Shown: in pieces, positions 1-8,423 of the stretch
Numbering within the stretch: the first letter of the stretch is position 1
Layout of the letters: each line of letters begins with the position of its first letter
Source: a virus
Lineage: Duplodnaviria > Caudoviricetes
Strand: one strand, 5' to 3'
IMG/VR virus record: IMGVR_UViG_3300048598_000478
Coordinates: 1-54,696 of that record
Length of the DNA: 54,696 nucleotides
Translations under genes and position numbers: made by a program
The notes under the pieces: generated by a model
Seen by the model: the letters and a program-made list of their open reading frames with translations, nothing else
Database searches by the model: none
What the model was told of the DNA's origin: nothing

Positions 1-258
1 GTGGTTAAGGAACTCTTAAGCGCGGTACAGCGGATTATCATCGGCGGCGACTACCGGATGGTTGTCGATGTAACGCTGGTTGACGCCAAGTCGGGCGCGG
101 TGATTGTGGCCTACCCTGAGATGACGCATGTGGTGCCGGCCTTGAACGGGTGGGCCGGTGCGCTCGTTCAGGCTGCCCATGATGCATCCAATCCGCCCGG
201 AGACCGCGTGGTCAACGGCTTCGTCGAAAAGTACAGGGTCGGGCTCGTCAAGATCTGA
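1..258 (+). CDS. Host hypothetical protein, C-terminal part (probably truncated by window edge)
   Basis: Open frame from base 1 to TGA at 256-258; lies upstream of the tRNA att site. Confidence 0.5.
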   Translation: MVKELLSAVQRIIIGGDYRMVVDVTLVDAKSGAVIVAYPEMTHVVPALNGWAGALVQAAHDASNPPGDRVVNGFVEKYRVGLVKI

Positions 259-309
259 TGCGTTGTTGGCGCCGAACGATTCAGAAACATTTTGGTGTGT
301 GAGCGTGGC

Positions 310-464
310 TGGCGAGCCGAACGGCGCGAAGTCCTGCGGCATCGCCACCTTGATGACTTTCGCCTTCAGGATGTCGTCGAGGGCGCCGGCCCGCGCCGCC
401 GAAGCGGCCGACAGCGTGAAGATGCCGAAAAAGCGGCACGGATTGCGAGGGATGCAGGCTTCAT
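310..464 (-). pseudogene. Frameshifted 5' remnant of an amino-acid ABC transporter substrate-binding protein
   Basis: GGGAG RBS and ATG at 464 (MKPASLAIRAAF), then another frame gives AARAGALDDILKAKVIKVAMPQDFAPFGS, typical of the SBP family 3 N-terminus; similarity then stops. Confidence 0.55.
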
Positions 465-606
465 GACGGTCTCCCGGAGGCCTTGGGATTTCTGCGGCCC
501 TCGGACCTCGGGGAGAACTGGGCCTGTTCCGCGGGATGGCCGTCCTTGCAAAGCGCCCATCGGTAAGGCATATCCGCGCGGCTGCGGGGCACCGCTGCAT
601 CGCTGT

Positions 607-683
607 AGGAGTGTAGCTCAACTGGCTAGAGCACCGGTCTCCAAAACCGGGGGTTGGGGGTTCGAGTCCCTCCACTCCTGCCA
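607..683 (+). tRNA. tRNA-Trp (CCA); prophage integration site
   Basis: AGGAGTG/CACTCCT acceptor stem, CCGGT-CTCCAAA-ACCGG anticodon arm, GGGGG-TTCGAGT-CCCTC T arm, encoded CCA end. Confidence 0.97.
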
Positions 684-750
684 GCCGTGGGTCTAACGTA
701 TTGATTTTGCAGGAGTGGGTCACTTTTGGGTGACAGAGTGGGCCACTTCA
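660..750. other. attL region with candidate integrase arm-type sites
   Basis: tRNA 3' end next to the integrase stop; inverted repeat CCACTCCTGC (672-681)/GCAGGAGTGG (709-718); direct repeats GAGTGGGTCACTT (713-725) and GAGTGGGCCACTT (736-748). Confidence 0.65.
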
Positions 751-757
751 TCCGTTC

Positions 758-1858
758 TCACTCCATTCCGGTTGCGCGTGCGAGCTTCGGCATCGCCTCC
801 GCCGCCATGCGCTTTCGGTTCGCCGCCTGGAAATAGACTTCCGCCTGCCTCGCCGTGGTCCAGTCGTAGATCGCCATGAGCTGCGGGACGGTAGCGCCTT
901 CTTCGGCCAGCATGGTGGCACCGGCCTTGCGCAGCCCGTGCGCGGTGCAGTGCGCTAGGCCGGCTTCGTCGCACCATTCCCGGATCTTGTTGCCGAAGCC
1001 CTTGTTCGAGAACGGCTTGCCATAGTCGGTCACAAGGAAGGTCAGGTCGCCGCAGGGCCCGGCGTCGATGGCGCGCTGCAGCGGCGGCAGCACCGGCTTG
1101 TAGGTGATGTCCCGGCGCAGGTGCGCGGTCTTGTGGGGGGCGTAGCCGAATTCGCCATTGCGCAGGTGCTGGCGGCCGTATTTCGCGGTGTCGCTCGGGC
1201 GGCCGCCCAGGAACAGCAGCAGGCAGCCGGCGAGATGGGCCTTGGTACCGATCGGGTGAAACGACAGGAAATGCCGCGCCTCGTCGACCGTCCAGGTGTG
1301 GAATCCGGAGGTCGCGTATTTTTTGCGGCGCACGTCCCGGCACGGATTGATCGTCACGTTGCCTTCGTCGTTCTCGATCGCCCATCCGAACATGGCGGAG
1401 AGATATTTGCGGCGGTTGTTGGCGGCGCCTGGCAGGCCTGGCTTGCGATCACGCAGCAGCTTGATATGCCGCGCCGTCAGATGTGCCAGCGGGCAATCCC
1501 GCATCAGGTCCGGGCTGCCGGTCTTGCGGGGCTCGATCAGGCAGGATTCGATCACGGCGCGTCGGGTCTTCTGCGAGTCCTTCTCGAGGTTGCCGAATTC
1601 TTCGGAGCCGAAATAGCGCAGCGCCAGCCACCCGAGCGTCAGCTTGAGGGCACCCGCGCGCGGCGGCTTTGCGAGTCCTGCGCGCCTGGCATTCAATTCC
1701 GCGAGGCCCTCGTTGTAGGCCAGCGTGAATGCCGGCGTCCCGGGCCGCTCCCTGATCCTGATCTTGTGCTTGTAGCGGCGCACGTAATAGCGCCTGCGGC
1801 CGTAACGGTCGTCGTCGGCATAGAGATAGGGCAGGTCTATTTCCATGGCGGAACTCAT
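758..1858 (-). CDS. int: Tyrosine recombinase (phage integrase)
   Basis: Catalytic motifs GGRPSD, HGLRKAGAT, and C-terminal YFQAANR; adjacent to tRNA. Confidence 0.95.
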   Translation of the reverse strand: MSSAMEIDLPYLYADDDRYGRRRYYVRRYKHKIRIRERPGTPAFTLAYNEGLAELNARRAGLAKPPRAGALKLTLGWLALRYFGSEEFGNLEKDSQKTRRAVIESCLIEPRKTGSPDLMRDCPLAHLTARHIKLLRDRKPGLPGAANNRRKYLSAMFGWAIENDEGNVTINPCRDVRRKKYATSGFHTWTVDEARHFLSFHPIGTKAHLAGCLLLFLGGRPSDTAKYGRQHLRNGEFGYAPHKTAHLRRDITYKPVLPPLQRAIDAGPCGDLTFLVTDYGKPFSNKGFGNKIREWCDEAGLAHCTAHGLRKAGATMLAEEGATVPQLMAIYDWTTARQAEVYFQAANRKRMAAEAMPKLARATGME

Positions 1859-2067
1859 GCCTCGATATCGGCCCAGCGGGCCGCCTCATCGGGGGCGAGT
1901 GTAGCATTGGAAACGTCTTCCGGTTCGGGGTCGCCGGGGGTGCACACAAGAACGGTTCCGTCCGGCCGGATGCCTCTCACCTTCAGGCCGGCCTTCTGGG
2001 CCGCGCGGATCGCGCGCCGGACGGTCGCCTCGGTGAAGGGCAGCTTCGCCGTCACCACCCCCTCCAT
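1855..2067 (-). CDS. Putative excisionase-like small protein (start probably GTG 2055/2058)
   Basis: Overlaps integrase start; FTEATVRRAIRAAQKAGLKV..IRPDGT pattern typical of genes preceding this integrase type. Confidence 0.6.
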   Translation of the reverse strand: MEGVVTAKLPFTEATVRRAIRAAQKAGLKVRGIRPDGTVLVCTPGDPEPEDVSNATLAPDEAARWADIEA

Positions 2068-2403
2068 GGCAGCCCGGAGGGGAGGGCCAGAGAATTCAGC
2101 CGTAAGGGCTTGCGGGAGGCTTGGGCGAAAGCTCTACGATCCAACGAGACCCGCCACATTCGCGGACCTCTTTGACGAAATAGCTTTGGCCCCTGTATTG
2201 CACGCCCGTTGCATCGGGGTATTGCGCGCGCATGCAGATGGCGGCGATGTCTGGATCGCTGGTGACGAATTCCAACTCCATCACCGAATCCAATCCTTGA
2301 CGCGCCCGAGTTCCGGCCTGTTCGCGAGTTGCCATGGCGACCAATTTCCTCGAATCTGACGATGTTAGCAATCGCGTTCACGACCCCCTCCATGGCAGCC
2401 CGG
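2052..2403. repeat. 26-bp direct repeat (one mismatch) at 2052-2077 and 2378-2403
   Basis: TCAC(C/G)ACCCCCTCCATGGCAGCCCGG at both positions, flanking ORF 2096-2335. Confidence 0.9.
2096..2335 (-). CDS. Hypothetical protein between direct repeats
   Basis: GAGGA upstream of ATG 2335; 79 aa MATREQAG...PYG. Confidence 0.5.
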   Translation of the reverse strand: MATREQAGTRARQGLDSVMELEFVTSDPDIAAICMRAQYPDATGVQYRGQSYFVKEVRECGGSRWIVELSPKPPASPYG

Positions 2404-2785
2404 TCCTGCGGTCCACGGGATCTGAATAGGGGCGTAGAGGCTTTCTGACGCCCGAAGCCTTCGTGCCAGCCATCGGCCGCCACTGATAGGGCTTGATGTT
2501 GCGCGATCGATCCGCGAGTCGCTTTGTGTCGGCGACATGCTGCTGATCGTAGTGATGGGTCTTATAGCGCCAGCATGTCTTGGTCAGGACGGCGCAATTC
2601 GAGAGGACCGGATCGCCGCCAGCTCCATCCTCGATCACATGCTCATAGAAGGTGTTGCCTTCGCCCAGCGGTCGCCCGCACGGCTTTGCGAACACATGCG
2701 GGATCAAATGACACTCGCAGATTCCACCGGAGCGCTGGTAGGCTTCTCGCTTCACAGGGGAGGGGAATTCGCGGCGGGTGGTCAT
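2378..2785 (-). CDS. HNH endonuclease
   Basis: MTTRREF...RSGGICECH...YEHVIED..GG...NCAVL..TC...KT; ATG overlaps the upstream stop. Confidence 0.8.
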   Translation of the reverse strand: MTTRREFPSPVKREAYQRSGGICECHLIPHVFAKPCGRPLGEGNTFYEHVIEDGAGGDPVLSNCAVLTKTCWRYKTHHYDQQHVADTKRLADRSRNIKPYQWRPMAGTKASGVRKPLRPYSDPVDRRTGLPWRGS

Positions 2786-3468
2786 GCGACCGCTCCTGCG
2801 AAGCTGAACAGGTCCGGTTCGCGCGGGGCGATCTCCGTCGCCTCGCCGCCCCACTGATCCGCCATGGCGTCGGCGATGCCCTGGAATGTCCGGCTTCTCT
2901 GTTTCCAGCGCTCCGGTCCAGGCGACGCGCGATGAATGGCAGACCATGCCTTGTGTTCGTCGGTGCCGGGCCGCGGCGGAGTCAGCCTGTTCGTCGGCAG
3001 AAGTGCCGGGAGTGCCTTGAGGTAGAGCCCGGTGGCCTTGAAAGCCTTCTCGCCGAACCACCATGGCTGAACGGTCTGCGTCGCCGGCCGATAGTTTCTG
3101 ATGCGCGCCTTCGCGTGCTTGTGCATCACCGGGTTCTCGACCGCGATCCGTTCGATCGGTGCATTCCAGCAGGCTGAAAACAGGCTCGCCGCTTCGTCGA
3201 GTTCGCGCCACATGTCGTCAAGGGCGCGACCGGGCGGCGGCGTCGAAAGCCAGCGCACCCCGGAATTGCACAGGCGCGTGCAGGGCGGGTGAAGCACCGC
3301 CAGCAAGTCCCAGCCATCGTTCAGATGGTCGCGAATATCGCCGACGATATGCTTGTTGCTGCGGTCTTCTGCGGGCAGCAGGTCGCAGGACCATGCGTCG
3401 TGGCCGCGAGCTGCGAAGGCGCGCCGAACCGCGCCGGAATATTCGCAGCCGATCAGCACCCTCACCAC
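2782..3468 (-). CDS. Phage DNA cytosine-C5 methyltransferase-like protein
   Basis: VLIGCEYSGAVRRAF (motif I-like), HPPCT (PC catalytic), VENPV (ENV-like), RSRTFQGIADAMADQWG. Confidence 0.85.
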   Translation of the reverse strand: MVRVLIGCEYSGAVRRAFAARGHDAWSCDLLPAEDRSNKHIVGDIRDHLNDGWDLLAVLHPPCTRLCNSGVRWLSTPPPGRALDDMWRELDEAASLFSACWNAPIERIAVENPVMHKHAKARIRNYRPATQTVQPWWFGEKAFKATGLYLKALPALLPTNRLTPPRPGTDEHKAWSAIHRASPGPERWKQRSRTFQGIADAMADQWGGEATEIAPREPDLFSFAGAVA

Positions 3469-3644
3469 GCCCTCCCATGCCGCAGCACGCGCTGGGAGCG
3501 TCCGCGTTCGTCCTTATCGTCGAACAGGTCTTTCTCGATCTGGAAGTCGGTAAGATGATCGAAGCATACCGGGTCGCCGTCCGTTGTCGTCGCGACGGAT
3601 TCTCTCTTGCATTCACGGTGAGAGCAGAGGGGTTTGGGGATCAT
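3462..3644 (-). CDS. Small Cys/His-rich hypothetical protein
   Basis: CSHREC...VCFDH; overlaps both neighbours. Confidence 0.55.
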   Translation of the reverse strand: MIPKPLCSHRECKRESVATTTDGDPVCFDHLTDFQIEKDLFDDKDERGRSQRVLRHGRAW

Positions 3645-4021
3645 GCCTTCACCACGATGATCTTGTCGGGGTGAACCTTCTCGGCAAGTTCGGAAAGCGG
3701 ATCGATGCGCTCGTGCTGATCGCGTGTCAGCTTCGGGACCGGCAGGCGGTCGCCGTAGATCGCCTTCTGATCAGCGAGCCATGCCTTGAACGTCTCCGGC
3801 GTGATCTTCGCTTCCTCGTCGATCTCTGCGAGCTGCGGATGCATCGCCAGGATGACCGGCCTGGCTTCGCCGCAGACGCGCGGCAATTGGTGGGTGAACA
3901 GGCTTTCGCCCGTCATGTAATTGAGGATTTTGTAGACGCCGCCGATGCCGTCCAGCGACACGATGCGGCCCGTAGTGACAGAGAGAATGTCTCCCAGATC
4001 AAATTCAAGATTGTCGCTCAT
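3641..4021 (-). CDS. Phage hypothetical protein
   Basis: FDLGDILSVTTGRIVS...ILNYMTGESLFTHQLPRV; ATGA-type overlaps. Confidence 0.75.
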   Translation of the reverse strand: MSDNLEFDLGDILSVTTGRIVSLDGIGGVYKILNYMTGESLFTHQLPRVCGEARPVILAMHPQLAEIDEEAKITPETFKAWLADQKAIYGDRLPVPKLTRDQHERIDPLSELAEKVHPDKIIVVKA

Positions 4022-4620
4022 CCGTCTCCTCCAAACTTCTTCCCGACCTCCGCGACCGCGCGGTCGAGGGCTTCGCTCTTGATCTGACGTTTCGGTGCGC
4101 CGGCGGCTTCCGCCAGATGCTGCTGGATGAAATCAAAATGCCGCTCGCGCTGACATTGCTGGCCGCTGTAGAGCGAGCGGGACCATCCGCACGAGCAATG
4201 CGCGATCTCGTGCTTGAAGGATCGGATCTCGGTGTAGATCGAGTGCAGGCCGATTTCCTTCGCGATCCGGCGCGCGACGATGCGGGCATAGCCCTTGCCG
4301 TCGTCAGTGAGGCGGTGCCAGATCGTGTCCGGCTGGCGCTCGGCAAGACCGAGGCTGCGCAGCAGCGCGAATTCCTGCCGGCCGAACCGGACGGTGGAAT
4401 TCTTCAGGGCTTTCGTCACGGCCTTCGCTACCGCATCGAAGGACATCGATATCAGGGCGGCCTGTGCCGCATTCGGGATGTCGTCGATCTCGATATGGGG
4501 GAGGGGCCTTGCGGGTGCGGGTGCGCCGCCCATCGCGATGCGATCGAGCTCGCGCAATTGCGCGTCGCTCATGCGGGCAAGTCTCGATATCGATATCTGG
4601 ATGGCAGGGTAGTTCGACAT
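4018..4620 (-). CDS. Phage hypothetical protein
   Basis: GGAG RBS, ATG 4620; C-terminal CSCGW...HF..H possible Zn site. Confidence 0.7.
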   Translation of the reverse strand: MSNYPAIQISISRLARMSDAQLRELDRIAMGGAPAPARPLPHIEIDDIPNAAQAALISMSFDAVAKAVTKALKNSTVRFGRQEFALLRSLGLAERQPDTIWHRLTDDGKGYARIVARRIAKEIGLHSIYTEIRSFKHEIAHCSCGWSRSLYSGQQCQRERHFDFIQQHLAEAAGAPKRQIKSEALDRAVAEVGKKFGGDG

Positions 4621-4711
4621 GACGCTACTCCACAACGCTACGGGACAAGGCAAAGCAGCCGGCGCATTGGCGCGCACGGCCGCTAAGGTAAATGATGTCA
4701 TGCTTTTCGGG

Positions 4712-4786
4712 TTGACACATACAGGCGCTAGCGCTAGAACCATGGGGCTTTCCGGGCAATCCCGCCCGGCTCCTGTGGAGGGTTAG
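4712..4786 (+). promoter_or_regulatory. Sigma70-type promoter and leader hairpin of element A
   Basis: TTGACA (4712-4717)-N17-TAGAAC (4735-4740); CCGGGC/GCCCGG hairpin; GGAGG RBS; conserved in element B. Confidence 0.7.
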
Positions 4787-5140
4787 ATGGCCGACAAATT
4801 CGGATGGGATGACAACTTCGGAAACAATCCCGCGCCGTCGCGGCACAAGACGCTTAAGCCGTTGGAACCGTTGCTGCCGGGCGAAACGCGCTCGGAATAT
4901 CTTGATCGGCTGGACCGTGCGGAGGCCGGAAAACCGCAACAGCTTGTCGCCCGCATCAAGCGGAGCAGCAAATACGCCTATCAGGCGCCGAAAGGCGGAT
5001 GGTTCGATGTCCGCGTTGTGCCGGACATGGGCTATGGCCTGCGCGGCAACAATAACAACTACCGCTTTGCCGATGTCGCTTTCGGCGTCCGGCTCGACGA
5101 CGGGACAATCGTCGAACTGGGCAGCGGCAAGAGGGGTTGA
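4787..5140 (+). CDS. Passenger gene A1, hypothetical
   Basis: GGAGG RBS, 117 aa ORF inside the TIRs. Confidence 0.8.
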   Translation: MADKFGWDDNFGNNPAPSRHKTLKPLEPLLPGETRSEYLDRLDRAEAGKPQQLVARIKRSSKYAYQAPKGGWFDVRVVPDMGYGLRGNNNNYRFADVAFGVRLDDGTIVELGSGKRG

Positions 5141-5143
5141 GCC

Positions 5144-5485
5144 ATGGCCAAACCCTATCTGCCGGGCCGCGACGTAGAGATCGATGAGGATGAGTTCGCG
5201 TTGTTCTGCGAAATGACCGAAGAACAGGTCGAGGCCGAAGGCGACCGCGCCAATAAAGACTTCGCTGCCATGCTCGACCGCATGACCCCGCTTGAGGAAT
5301 ACCGGTTCTGGCGGCGCTACATCTTGCAGAACATTATTGATAACCGGCGGCGGCTCCGAAATCCGACCTTGGCGCGGATTGAGATCATTGACCAGTTGTG
5401 GCGCGACGGGATTAAGAAGTCGCAACACAGCCTGCTCAAACACCGTCACCACCTGCGAACCGGCATTTGGCCGGGAGGGGCGTAA
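5144..5485 (+). CDS. Passenger gene A2, hypothetical
   Basis: 113 aa ORF, 3 nt after the A1 stop and 3 nt before the transposase start. Confidence 0.8.
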   Translation: MAKPYLPGRDVEIDEDEFALFCEMTEEQVEAEGDRANKDFAAMLDRMTPLEEYRFWRRYILQNIIDNRRRLRNPTLARIEIIDQLWRDGIKKSQHSLLKHRHHLRTGIWPGGA

Positions 5486-5488
5486 GCC

Positions 5489-6529
5489 ATGCCTCCCCAC
5501 GCCGACGTTCTCCAATGGGAACACCTGCCGTTCCCCAAATCTCTCAGAGACTTCCAGCAGCTCTTTCCCGACGATGATGCGTGTGCCCGATACCTGGAGG
5601 GTGCGAAATGGCCCAAGGGGTTCGTCTGCCCGCACTGCGGCGAAAAGGGCGAGCCGTTCCGCATGGCGACGCGGACCAGCGTCTTGACGTGCCGCAAATG
5701 CCGCAAGCAAACGAGCCTCACGGTCGGGACCGTGATGGCGCGCACGCATTCGCCCCTGACTACATGGTTTTGGGGTGCGTATCTGGTCGCCACCATGACG
5801 CCCGGAATCTCGACGGTGCAGTTTCAGCGGCAACTCGACCTGACGCGCGAGACGGCTTTCCAAATACTGCACAAGCTGCGCGCGGGGATGGTCCGGCAGA
5901 ACCGCGACCGCATCGGCGGCAACCTTGGGCGCGGCGATCACGTCGAGGTTGACGAGACTTACATCGGCGGCGCGGTTCGCGGCCAAGGGCGCGGTCCGCA
6001 AGATCAGACCCTCGTCATGGCCGCTGTAGAGGTCCGCACCCGGCCGGCCAAGAGGGGCGACAAGCCCATGCGGCGCGGCGGGCGCTACGCTGGCCGGTTG
6101 CGGCTGGAAATCATCCCCAATCGCGGCGCGCGCGCCCTGACAGGCTTTGTAGAACAAGCGGTTGAGCCCGGCGCGATGGTCATCACAGACGGCGCGCCGG
6201 GCTACGCCACGCTTGGCAAGCTCGGCTATCAGCACTTGCCGGTTGTCGAGGGTAGCAACCCGGACGTGGCGGAAGAATACCTGCCCATCGTCCACTTGGT
6301 TTTCAGCAACCTCAAAGCTTGGCTGCAAGGCACTCACCACGGGCGCGTCAGCCCTAAGCACCTGCAAGCCTACCTCAACGAGTTCGTGTTCCGCTTTAAC
6401 CGGCGCTTTTACCCGTTCAATTCGTTCCGCTCTTTGCTCGGCATCGGCGCGAACGGCGAAAGCCCGACCTATGACGGGCTTTACGAAGGCACTTGGAAAC
6501 ATCCGACGATGGCTAGTCATCATGACTGA
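5489..6529 (+). CDS. IS1595-family DDE transposase
   Basis: Zn ribbon CPHC...CRKC, HTH, VEVDETY, VITDG..Y, HLQAYLNEFVFRFNRR. Confidence 0.95.
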   Translation: MPPHADVLQWEHLPFPKSLRDFQQLFPDDDACARYLEGAKWPKGFVCPHCGEKGEPFRMATRTSVLTCRKCRKQTSLTVGTVMARTHSPLTTWFWGAYLVATMTPGISTVQFQRQLDLTRETAFQILHKLRAGMVRQNRDRIGGNLGRGDHVEVDETYIGGAVRGQGRGPQDQTLVMAAVEVRTRPAKRGDKPMRRGGRYAGRLRLEIIPNRGARALTGFVEQAVEPGAMVITDGAPGYATLGKLGYQHLPVVEGSNPDVAEEYLPIVHLVFSNLKAWLQGTHHGRVSPKHLQAYLNEFVFRFNRRFYPFNSFRSLLGIGANGESPTYDGLYEGTWKHPTMASHHD

Positions 6530-6671
6530 CCGTCAACCCGTGGGGCTTGTATGTGGAAACCCGAAAAGCATGAATGATGTTTTGAATGAGCGATGGTGAC
6601 TGCCGGCTCCCGCGCGAAAGCGTTCCGGCTTTACGGCATGATGGCGGCCCTCCGTTGATCTCGAAATTCGG

Positions 6672-6714
6672 AAAAGGACCGGACGGGCGGGGAATGCAGT
6701 CACCCGTCCGGCCC
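6672..6714 (-). terminator. Intrinsic terminator in the leftward operon
   Basis: Minus strand GGGCCGGACGGG...CCCGTCCGGTCC followed by TTTT. Confidence 0.65.
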
Positions 6715-6837
6715 AGGTGCCGCCGCACCTCGCGGGATTGCGAAGCCTGATTACGGCGGAGAAAACAGAAGCGGCAGGCGAATGCGTTACATCCGCGCTC
6801 TTCACCTGCCGCTGATGGGGTGACTTACGCAACGCGG

Positions 6838-6990
6838 TCACCGAGTTCTTGATGAAACGAAAAACGCCATGCCGCATCCGCTGAAGGCGATGGTGGCAAC
6901 GGTCTGGCTGTCGAAGTGATGGCCGAACAGGCTTGCTATCGCGCAACCCAAACAGACCATTGAGTAGACGAAATCGATCTGTCTACCCAT
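6838..6990 (-). CDS. 50-aa hydrophobic peptide
   Basis: MGRQIDFVYSMVCLGCAIASLFG...MAFFVSSRTR; TGATG coupling and GGAGG RBS; below the ORF-track cutoff. Confidence 0.55.
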   Translation of the reverse strand: MGRQIDFVYSMVCLGCAIASLFGHHFDSQTVATIAFSGCGMAFFVSSRTR

Positions 6991-7039
6991 CACGCCCCTC
7001 CCTGTTCTTTGGAGCGGGCGAGGGCGGCGTCGATCATCT
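6990..7039 (-). pseudogene. Detached 3' end of the gene interrupted by element B
   Basis: Removing element B restores ...DLEMI-DAALARSKEQGGA* in frame. Confidence 0.85.
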
Positions 7040-7079
7040 CATGCTTATCCGGTTTGAACATACGACCCCCAAAGGTTGA

Positions 7080-8129
7080 TTAGTCATGATGGCTTGCCAT
7101 CGTCGGATGCTTCCAAGTTCCTTCGTAAATCCCGTCATAGGTCGGGCCTTCGCCGTTCGTGCCGATGCCGAGCAGCGAGCGGAAGGCGTTGAACGGATAG
7201 AAGCGGCGATTGAACCGGAACGTGAACTCGTTGAGGTAGGCTTGCAGGTGCTGCGGCTCGACGCGCCCGTGGTGCGTCCCTTGCAGCCATGCTTTGAGGT
7301 TCGAAAAGACAAGGTGGACGATCGGCAGGTATTCTTCGGCCACGGCCGGGTCATTTGCCTCAACAACCGGCAAGTGGTCATAGCCAAGCGCCTTGAGGCC
7401 GTTGTAGCCGCCCCAAGCGTCCGTGATGACCATCGCACCCGGCTCGACGGCCTGTTGCACAAAGGCGGTCAAGGACTTAGCGCCGCGCGTGGGGACGATT
7501 TCCAGCCGCAGGCGGCCCGCGTAGCGCCCGCCGCGACGGGTCGGCTTGTCGCCCTTCTTGGGCGGCCGGGATCGGACTTCGACGGCGGCCATAACCAGCG
7601 TCTTTTCGTCCGCGTGGACGCCCTTGCCTTGGCCTCGCGTCACGCCACCGATGTAAGTTTCGTCGATCTCGACGTGATCGTTGCGGCCAAGGTTGCCGCC
7701 GATCCGGTCGCGACCCTGCCGCACCATGCCAGCGCGCAGCTTGTGCAGGATTTGGAAGGCGGTTTCGTACCGGCTCAGGCCAAGCTGGCGCTGGAACTGC
7801 ACCGCCGACATGCCCGGCGTCATGCTCGACACCAGATAGGCTGCCCAAAACCAGATAGTCAGCGGCGTATGCGTCCGCTGCATCACGGTATCAACTGTCA
7901 GGGACGTTTGTTTACGGCAGGCGCGGCACGTCAAGACGCTGGTTCGCGTCGCCAATCGGAAGGGTTCGCCCTTCTCACCGCAATGCGGGCAGACGAAACC
8001 CTTGGGCCACTTCGCGCCCTCAAGATAACGGGCGCACGCGGCGTCGTCTTTGAACAACCGCTGGAAGTCCCTGAGAGATTTGGGGAACGGCAGGTGTTCC
8101 CATTGGAGCACGTCGGCATGGGGAGGCAT
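7080..8129 (-). CDS. IS1595-family DDE transposase
   Basis: Close paralogue of 5489-6529 (first 23 aa identical; VEIDETY, VITDA, YLNEFTFRFNRR). Confidence 0.95.
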   Translation of the reverse strand: MPPHADVLQWEHLPFPKSLRDFQRLFKDDAACARYLEGAKWPKGFVCPHCGEKGEPFRLATRTSVLTCRACRKQTSLTVDTVMQRTHTPLTIWFWAAYLVSSMTPGMSAVQFQRQLGLSRYETAFQILHKLRAGMVRQGRDRIGGNLGRNDHVEIDETYIGGVTRGQGKGVHADEKTLVMAAVEVRSRPPKKGDKPTRRGGRYAGRLRLEIVPTRGAKSLTAFVQQAVEPGAMVITDAWGGYNGLKALGYDHLPVVEANDPAVAEEYLPIVHLVFSNLKAWLQGTHHGRVEPQHLQAYLNEFTFRFNRRFYPFNAFRSLLGIGTNGEGPTYDGIYEGTWKHPTMASHHD

Positions 8130-8132
8130 GGC

Positions 8133-8420
8133 TTACCTGCCTTCCCCGACCAGCCGCGTGCACTCGGGCTGCTTGGCCATGTATTCGGCGCGCCGGACAA
8201 GGTTGGCCGCATCGTGCCGCAGTGGCTCATCCGAGTAGTACCAGCGGCGGAAAATCCCGCGCCACCCCGTCTGCTCAAGCGAAAACCGATGAAGCAGGCC
8301 AAGGCACTCCATGAGCAAGGTCCGATCGCTCATTTGGTAGGGTTGCGGATCAATCAGCGGCGGACGCACAACGTGCTCTTTAGGGCACGAAAAGCCGTCA
8401 GATGTGCTCTTAAGCGTCAT
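8133..8420 (-). CDS. Passenger gene B2, hypothetical
   Basis: 95 aa ORF with 3-nt spacers to both neighbours. Confidence 0.75.
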   Translation of the reverse strand: MTLKSTSDGFSCPKEHVVRPPLIDPQPYQMSDRTLLMECLGLLHRFSLEQTGWRGIFRRWYYSDEPLRHDAANLVRRAEYMAKQPECTRLVGEGR

Positions 8421-8423
8421 GGT

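Larger units (their letters stand above)
4699..6572 (+). mobile_element. IS1595-family element A with two passenger genes (1874 bp)
   Basis: 25-bp TIRs CATGCTTTTCGGGTT(GA/TC)CACATACA at 4699-4723 and 6548-6572; 8-bp target duplication AATGATGT at 4691-4698 and 6573-6580. Confidence 0.95.

Noticed and set aside
16-723. 235-aa ORF
   Set aside because: Antisense to tRNA-Trp; only a short ABC-binding-protein remnant within it is meaningful
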